A DNA stretch of 64,000 nt. Origin: Paragordius varius. Taxonomy: Eukaryota > Animalia > Nematomorpha. Below, piece by piece: positions 54,997 to 64,000 of the stretch (positions are counted from its first letter, which is position 1; every line of letters begins with the position of its first letter). Both the position numbers and the translations under genes were made by a program. The stretch spans positions 12,586,001 through 12,650,000 of the forward strand of contig OZ176050.1 in the NCBI GenBank assembly GCA_964247055.1, in the 5' to 3' direction. The notes beneath the pieces were generated by a model, which was not told the origin of the DNA, ran no database searches, and saw nothing but the letters and a program-made list of their open reading frames with translations.

Positions 54997-57900
54997 TTAA
55001 TCGTAATCATCTTCTCCTTCACTGATGCAATCGGAATTTTCATTTGAAACATTTTCGTCGTTATTAGTAGTATTTATATTTTTCATGTTGGAACGAGTCT
55101 CTTGAGACAAAATTTTAAATGTTCTTTTATCTGTTGATGTCAATGGGGATTTGTCATAATTAGTTTGAGTGTAGAGTTGTGGATTAGCAATATCAGCATT
55201 ATTGTAATATCTGGTTCCTGTTTGCGCTTTTGATTGAAACCTAATCATGTGTGTAAAAATGGATGAAAAATATGGATAAAACAAATTATTAAAAGTGTTA
55301 AATTACATGTAATTCTATTAAAACAATTTTAACTAATGATGCAATAAATATTATTGCAGTTCACAGAATATTTTCTAAAATTATAGTTCAATGTAAAATT
55401 ATCTATATCCGCTGTGACAAATCTTCCTTATTGTATGCATATATTGAAAGAAAGGCCTATCCAAGCGTATAATTATAACTTTAATTAGTAACCTTTTTTT
55501 TCAAAATGTGATAGATATATAGGAAGGATCCAGACTAACACAACAATTTGTTGAAATTTTATACATATATCCTTAAATTGATTTTTTTTGTTAAATATGT
55601 ATCAATAGAAAAGCATTATAAATTTATGTATGATATGCACATATTTAAGTCCTCCCCTCACAAAAATCAATTAATTAAAAAAATTTAAAAGCGTTTGTTG
55701 ATGGATTAACATTAGTTACGCTTTGTTAAATTAATCTAAGTAAAAACATTTTATACAAATTGGAAATAGATATAGAGCTTAATTCTCTTACGCATAGGCT
55801 TATAGATCAATTTTAACAAAATAAAAAATTAATCGCAAAAATGCTATAGTAAAATAATCGTCTGTTCGCTTAAGTTTCAATAAAAATTAGTTTTGCCAGA
55901 CACGTGATATATTGCAAAAAATTTAACCCATAATGTGCGTAAAATTTATTTAAAAATACCGCATAATACCTTTTGTTTTTGATTGCAGCTGCCCGGTCTC
56001 GTTGTCGTCGATTCTTGAACCAATTTCCAACTTGCGTGGCATTTAAGCCTGTAGCTTTCGCTAATTCGCGTTTTTTCCCAGGGTTTGGATACGGATCTTG
56101 TAGATACCATTCTCGGAGTACGTTTCTTGTCCGTTCTTTGAAGCAATGGTTTTTTTGTTCACCATCCCAAATGGTGCGGGGAAGTGGATATTTTTTCCTC
56201 ACGCGGTATTTGTCAACAGGTCCCAATGGTCTGCCTCTGAGTATTTCGGCTTCTCTATAACGAGATTCCAACCACATAAATTGTAATTTTGTATGGTAGG
56301 CTTTGTCCCGGAATCGATAATTTTCCAAAATATTGTACAAAGTTTCGAAATCGTTTGTATAGTACGCTATAAGAACTACAAATCTCAAATAGGATTCTAT
56401 TAAATCAAGCTTCTTTTTATCAGCTTCATTACCTGAGCTAAATGTGGTGTGAGATAATTTCCTTAATTCGTCTGGATTGGTGGATGTAATTGGTGGCCAA
56501 TTTAGGACATTTTCATTATTGGCCGGTGAATCTTCCTCGGATTCTTTACAATTTTCTGTTTGCTTGCGTCCAAATGTAAGTTCTTTAAGGTGTGTTTTAA
56601 CAAATTGTGTCAACTTGGTAATTTTTTGATCGATATCGCTTTTATTACCTCGGACAAAATTATGATTATAAGTTTCTTCACCAATATTATCATCGATATT
56701 ATCAACGCGGTCGTTGGCCAAAACGGTGTCGCCACCAAATTCTAGCGTTTGATATATGCACCATATTTGATCGAATGACAAATCAAACTCATTTTCAGAC
56801 ATCAAAGAATTATCATGCAGTTTGTCTAAAAAATCGTTCCCTATATTAACATCGGATTGATTGCTTACATTGTGAATTATTGTTTCCTGACTGGTATTTT
56901 CTGATATCTTATCAGGTGATGTGAGGGGAATATTATCACAATTTTCACTAGATAATGTTGGATCATTGGTTATGGTTAATATATCAACCATATTAAACTT
57001 TTTTTTATCTTGTTGATGGGATGGATTGAAATTTGTCGTTTCAGATATTAAATCATCGTCCTGACTTTTTTCGAAATTATCAATTTTAGCTTTTGCTGAT
57101 TTCAACGTGTCTTTGTTTATATTAGTTGTATGGCTTTTTGGAGAGTTGTAAGACGAAAAGTGATTGATATGATACTTATGCAGTTCTTGATAAAATCGCC
57201 ATAGGTCATTTGCAGAACCCTTTTCTGGTAAGGGGGGAAAACTAGGCATCGTAGAATCCGGAGATAAAAACGACGAAGGAACCATTTTTGATGATCTATG
57301 TTTGACATCAACTTTCCTTGTCCTATCTGGTTTAGGGTTAAATTTTTTGGGGCTGAAATTTTGTTTAGCCAGGTAATGCAAAAAAGTATTTTGGGCCTCG
57401 AAGTATTGCTGCTGTGAATTTGGAATTCCGCAATTCTGATACGGTGGAGCGTAAAATAAGTTTGGGTTATTAGAAATCATATTTGGATACAACATCATGA
57501 GAGGCGACATTTGTGGAAAGATATGATTCATGCTATGGGACATAGAATTGTTCACATTTAATTTTGGAACTTCAGTTTTAATTTTCTTATTAGGTGTAGA
57601 TGAATTTGTTAAACTAGAATTTTCATCATCGCCATCATATCCACGTTTTTTTGTACAAACATTATCAACATCAAACCTATCAGTAGTTTTCACCAATATT
57701 TCCTTTTGGTCCGTTTGAGAGCTCCTTTCAATAATCGGACTACTTTGTTGACTTTTCTTGTTACATTGCGTGGCTGATGTATTTACATTGACATTAAGAT
57801 TGAGATTCATGTTGGCATAGAGAGTGTTGAAATTGGCAATTTTATTTAATATTTCTTGATAATTATCGGTATTATCGTGGGGAGACGCTTGAGCCCTATC

Positions 57901-58221
57901 ATCCTTCCCAAATTTTATATTATTCTCCGAACCATCGGGTTGAAGGTTAACTTCAATATCACAATTTTCGCTAGGATTCATAATTTTATTTTTCGGTTTT
58001 GATTCAATTTTTTTTGTGTTATCTTTATTAATATGTTTGACAGGCTTTTCATAGCTTTTGGCTGCTAAAACTTGCGAAAGATAAAGTTGATGCCATAACT
58101 GAGCCTGATGAAAATCAAACCTTCCTGATTCAAACAAATTTTGAGGAGGGGCACCGTACGACGGTGTTTGAAAAAAATTTTGTGCGCCATCTTGTTGTAA
58201 AAATTGAGGAGAAAAATTCAT
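54997..58221 (-). CDS. Six3/6: SIX3/6 (Optix-like) homeodomain protein, ~831 aa; exons 58221-55970 and 55240-54997
   Basis: SIX domain end [26 protein letters not shown]; homeodomain [58 protein letters not shown], the SIX3/6 signature; phase-2 intron after KNK. Confidence 0.95.
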
Positions 58222-59786
58222 ATTAATATATATATTTTGATAGGAGTTTAACCCAAAATAATTGTATCAAGTTAATAAAACTAATTTAAATTCAGCAAAA
58301 ATGATAATTATTTTATAATGTAAAGGAAAATTATCACAAGTGTCATCATTTTTGCTATTTTATTTCTTTTCTCACTTTAAAATAATGATTGACGTAAAGA
58401 GTGTCACCAAGGATGTAACAAGTATGCCTATAAATTTCAATTTCGCAATATAAAATATCTATGAAAAAAATAGTATTTTTATAGTTAACAAAAATTCATG
58501 GTAAGATTTAATCTCATCATATTTAAAACAAATAGATGACTGTATTTTAAAAAAATAATTTTAGATATTAAACAGCTTCAAATTCATAATTTTGGTGATA
58601 ATTAGCCTAAGTAGGTTTTTAATTAGCCTAATATCTCATAAATTATTTAAAGATCATTTTTTTACTGAAATATAATGTTTTTAACAATTTTAATTTTAAA
58701 ATATAATTACACTTTATTGATTAGATATTTAATTTCGATTTGGGAAACATCCGAGCATCCATTTTATTGAGTTTAAAAGCTTAAAATATATTTTTTCTTG
58801 AATAGGGTAGGGTCAGATTAGTCAATTTTTAAACACAACCATATATTATAAAATATGAACAAAATGAAGGCAAACTAATTATATAAAAGGATATTCATAT
58901 GTTAAAAAGTATTGAACAGTGCAAGAAGCCATTTTATTGATTGATTCCGTTTTATCATATGATTCAACATATATTATTGGGCATATTTTTTATTGATAAA
59001 AACTTATAAAGTTTTATTATAATACTCTTATTTGTAATGAAAGGGGTTTATACATATAAAATTGATATAATGTCCATATAAATTTTAACACAAAGACCAT
59101 TTAATCATTTCAAAAAAAATAATTATACTAAAACACTTGAAAACACTACCCTATATTATACAATCAGATTTATTTTTTGTGAAGTCATATTTTAAAACTT
59201 TGGAGTTTTAAAATAAACATTTTATTAATGTATATATAAATATAATTATAAGTTATTTGTTTTTTTAAGTGGGCAATAAATAATCCTTTAGGTATCATAA
59301 ATAAATTAATGTTATTATATTTCACATAAATTTATAAAAATAATGATTATCATCAAATTTAATTGTTTTTTTTTGTTTTAAAACTAATGTTCGTCAAGTG
59401 ATTAAAATATTAATTACACCAGTATTATTGACTAATCTACCTTTATCTTAATGATACTATATAATATAATTGTTGTTTTTTGATTTTATGATACATTGTA
59501 AGGTTTTTTTATGATGATTAATAAATGAGTTATTAACCACAAGGTGTGTGTTTTAATTACATGATTACAATAACTTTTGAATTTTAATTTCGACAAAAGC
59601 ACTTTTTATGACTTTTTAAAACAAACTAATTAATTACTAACTATTGAGAAATCATCTTAAATTACACACCTAGTTAGTAACACCGTATCAGATTAAAGTC
59701 ACATTGTCTAAAAAATAGATTGAGATAATTTGTAATATGTTTTAGGGATATCATCGATTAAAATCTTTTTCAAACAAATATATATA

Positions 59787-59935
59787 CAGTATCGTATGGC
59801 ATAAAACAATATTAGTCCTCCATAAAAGAATAAAAAAGGTTTTTTTAAAAAAAATATACAACTAGGCTGGTTTTTTTGCAAAAAATTTTTTTTATTCTTT
59901 TATGGATTAATATTGTTTTATGCCATACGCTACTG
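59787..59935. mobile_element. Tc1/mariner-type MITE family C, copy 1
   Basis: TA|CAGTATCGTATGGCATAAAACAATATTAG ... TAATATTGTTTTATGCCATACGCTACTG|TA. Confidence 0.85.
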
Positions 59936-60760
59936 TATATATTTGTTGGCAATTAATTAATATTATCTTACACAATTATATTAATTGTTATCAGTCATCA
60001 GGGCGTAACTAATAAACACCTTTGTATTTGCTAATTTTTCAACAATAAAAAATTAAATTTTATGTATTAATATTAAATTATGGCGATGAGAATTATAAAG
60101 AATATATTTTTTTACCTATATAATAATAAGGATAACTATATTATAATGTTTTGCACAAATATTTATTAAGGGTAAACTAATTATAAAATTAACATGTGTG
60201 TGGTATAACAATATAAAAATTTTGGTGCATTTTGTAAAGTTTATACGACAAATTTTCACAGTTTTATAATCCCCTCTTTATATTCATTCCTCTTTCATCA
60301 TTATAATCATTATTATATATCACTCTCTCCTTGTACAACTTAAATAAAGCTTATTATATCATGTTTTATTTTATTAATATAATTATTTAATTTTGTATAA
60401 AAATTTGTATAATTTTGTAAAGGTACAAAATATAAAACTTATTACCAACAAATATTTTTTACATGAGTGTGTGCCTTCTTTTTTAAACAAGTTCTTAGCG
60501 TCTCTCATTCGACATGCGTTAAATTGCGTGTTAATTAATCTTGTAACGAAAAATTTGTTCATTTTTAGACTAACTACCTAGGTATTTTTTATTTAAAGAA
60601 TCCAAATTATGAAACATAATTTGTATAATATGTATACAAAGCGACATTTATATAAGATTAGGTGTTATTTTAAATGTATTGAAGTTGTATGGTGGTGGTA
60701 TTTCAAAGTAATCAACCTTTTCAATATGTATGATAATAAGTTAAAAGTTGAAATAATTTA

Positions 60761-60928
60761 CATTAGCGTATGGCAAAAAACATTATTAGTCCATAAAACA
60801 ATAAAAAATTGTTTTCTTTTAAAAAAACAAGCCTAGTTGTATAAAGACATATCCATATAACCCCTTGTTTTAAAAAACATTTTTTTATTTTTTTATGAAC
60901 TAATATTGTTTTATGCCATACGCTACTG
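60761..60928. mobile_element. Tc1/mariner-type MITE family C, copy 2
   Basis: Same TIRs and TA flanks as 59787-59935. Confidence 0.8.
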
Positions 60929-63900
60929 TATAAAAATACACAATTAAATTTTAATTGTTTGTGCTTCTAGGTACATACATATATTATGAAAACAAGATTA
61001 TTTTGTTTTTTGTTTAAATATCAAAAAATAGTATTATTATACTATATTCGACAAAGGTGATAATGCGCGCGTCAGATTTTAATATGGATTATGTCCTAAT
61101 ATAATTGTTACTAATGCCAAGATCATATATTTTTCAATAGGAACAAGGAAAAAATCAAAATATGTTAATTTAACTATTGTGTATTCAATATCACTATTGT
61201 ATTGCTACAAAGCCTGCTTCCGAATCAAATTTGTTAAAAATTACACAATGCAATAATTATCTTTCTTATTCTATCCATTATTAATAATATGCATAATGTC
61301 AATGAAGTATGTATACAAGATTATGATTGAAAAGGTGTGTGTGTACAAATTAAATACCTTTATTGTTTAAAAAACATGTTTAATCAAACGAAGCGCGGGG
61401 ATTACAAAAGAATATATATAAATATATGTGAAGTGTTAAAGTTAATTGTTGTTTTAGTGAGTGATTTGAGAAAAAACAAGTTAAAGTGATTTTAATTATA
61501 GGATTATTATAATATATTTTTGCAATTTTGGATTAAATAGAATATTTATATTTATCATGTGTAATTACATAAACAGTACTTGAAATGTTGCAAAACCTAT
61601 TCTATTTTCGTCCATACATTTAATTAACAAAAATTCTAATAAGTTGTTTTTTATGTAAATTTTAGGTTTTAATGTAATTAATTATTTTATTATTAAGATT
61701 AATTTATTACATGTAGAGACCAATCAATCGAATTAACTTCATAGGGAAGCCCGATTGAAATGTGAATTACTGTTAAATTTTGGAATTAATTTTGCATAAG
61801 GACGCAGGAATTGTGTTTTATGAAATATTTATATCAGAATTCGTATAAAAATGTTTTTCGTAAAATGGACCTTTATAAAATGTGAATAAATTAACGATTT
61901 TTTTCAGTCAGAATATATATATATATATATTAATTTTGCTGGTTTAAGTTTTCGAATTTATATTAATTGCATTCGCTTTTTAAACGTAATATATTTTTTT
62001 AAAATAATATGCGGATTGATTTTGCATATAATTCGAATATTGAAATGACTTTAATTAATAATAAAACCCAAAAATAAAAGCACCATGGGACCAATGCTTT
62101 ATTTGGTCTAAAAACTTTGGAAAATTTGCAGATTGACCCCGATAATGCAAAAGGGAACCGACTTCCATTATTGTAGAATATATCTAATTTTTAGTCGATT
62201 TTTCTATTTTGAGCGCATTTTTTGAGCCATCTCAAGTCAAAAACTAGGGAAAGAACTTTAACTATTTTAGAAAACAAGGATGAATAATGATAGTGTTAGC
62301 GCAATGTTTTCGGGATAATAATCCATAACTCAGTTAAAAAGTATAATAATAGCAGAAACCTGATCTAGGATTCCCTATTTGGTTTTATATAAGAACAAAA
62401 TCAATTTATGACAAAAGGGAATGTAGGTACAGCTAAATTCTGCGGTTCCTTGTAAGTTAATTCTAGTTTAACTCATTTATTGATAATGATATTTTTGTTA
62501 CAAAACACATGTTCATATGGCGATATCTGATTGGTTTATTTTATTTTCATTATCGTCTGCTATTTCCTATCAAACAAGCGTGATTTTTGCATTTTAAAAG
62601 CTTTATTTTAAAATTATTTATACAGTGGTCATTAAAGTTATGTATTTTACCAATATTTACTTGCAAAAATATATTTTCTTAATACCAATTAAAACAGCTG
62701 GTTAAAATACATATTTTCGGGTCCTCTCAATCTAATTTGTCTACACTGCACATAAATTTTAAACACAAACTGCAAATTATTGTTAATTGGCTAGTTTTTG
62801 GGTACTCAATCATGCCATATTTTTTTACCCCTAAAGCTATTTAAATCATCCAGAATCATTCAATTCCTTATATTAATTGTGTTTAAATAAAATATAAATT
62901 TAAATAATTTACGAGATAATTAATAAGTACTTTAACAACAAGTAATTTGTAATAATAGAGTTTCACACCTTAACTTTTGCATGGATTAAAGGTGTTATAT
63001 AGATATCAAATAACATGAATTTGATACATATAGTATATATCCGATAAAAAAATAATGAGACAATGTATGATGATGTTATTGAGAGATAATAAAAACCAAT
63101 TTGTCAATCACACTCTTCTTTGTTTAAGCTGGAAAATATAAAATCTTTTTTTATACTTTTTATGATAAATATAATCCATTTTCTCATCATGATATATATA
63201 GTATATATATTTACATGGGATTATATTTAAAATGGATTTGAACACTTTATTTTTTTTATCAGAAAATGATATTTTAATAATTTATATTTTATCATAATAT
63301 TTAGTAAGGTGATATTTAAAATTTTTAACAAAAAAAGTATCATTAAAACTATATGCTCTCATATTTCATAGGTGTAGTTATTTCGATAATTTATATAAAT
63401 TATAATAACTAATATTCGGTATAAATTTAATATAAACTTTGATAAAATTAACATCATGAAATTCTTTTTTTATTTGGAGAGCGAAATTTTTTAATGGTAT
63501 TGGTGTCCATTAAAATATAAATAATAATATCAACTCGTTTAACCCATTGCGTTTTGAAAGGGTTTTATAAAATAAAATCACCATATCCAAAACCTTTTGT
63601 CACCAAATATTTATTTTGGATTATTTGATATTCGCACAAAAATTCTGGAAAATTATATTATAATTTAATTTTTTATTAATATTAAATTTGATTATTGGTA
63701 AAAAATTGTAGCACCAATTATGAAAAAAACAGCTGTGTATCTTAATCTAACTTTTTGACTCAAGAAATTACAACACAGTCAAAAATTAAGGTTTGCCTAT
63801 TTAATTAAAAATTTTAGCCTCTTAGATAAAAAAAATTATCTTAAAATAAATTTTTCACGAATTTTTATTGTAATATGAAGTGTTAATAAATTATTCAATT

Positions 63901-64000
63901 TTACATTGGTCACAATACTTATTATACTTAATTAGCGTAAATTCTGACTGATGTTAAAAAGAGTTAGGCTGTGCTAATTAAAAATGTTTAGCAATGGTGT

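Noticed and set aside
58222-64000. Short ORFs (60393-60581, 60609-60836) and possible exons upstream of Six3/6
   Set aside because: Low-complexity AT-rich translations, partly overlapping a MITE; no domain or consistent splice chain.

Overview
AT-rich animal (metazoan) genomic DNA with spliceosomal genes; the species cannot be named from sequence alone, and there is no CRISPR, operon or rRNA. Gene models were assembled by hand, joining exons with GT-AG/phase logic. They are: ABCE1 (intronless, -), a carbohydrate sulfotransferase (Sulfotransfer_2/CHST-like, +), a secreted GH18 chitinase with CBM14 (+, one GC-AG intron), eIF3k (-), a partial secreted EGF-like gene (+), a very long Runx (+), SEM1/DSS1 (-) head-to-head with TAF4 (+), and Six3/6/Optix (-). 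A repeat island at about 21.3-28.5 kb holds an integrase remnant, a ~100-115 bp degenerate satellite split by a hAT transposon with intact TIRs and TSD, and an RTE-like LINE fragment. Many MITEs fill introns and intergenic DNA. The most striking observation is that eIF3k needs four ultra-short GT-AG introns (22, 24, 24, 27 nt) to yield its conserved protein, whereas introns in the other well-supported genes are about 58 nt or longer. Other highlights: Runx lacks the terminal WRPY, the SEM1 and TAF4 start codons are only 53 nt apart, and Six3/6 has insertions inside its SIX domain.
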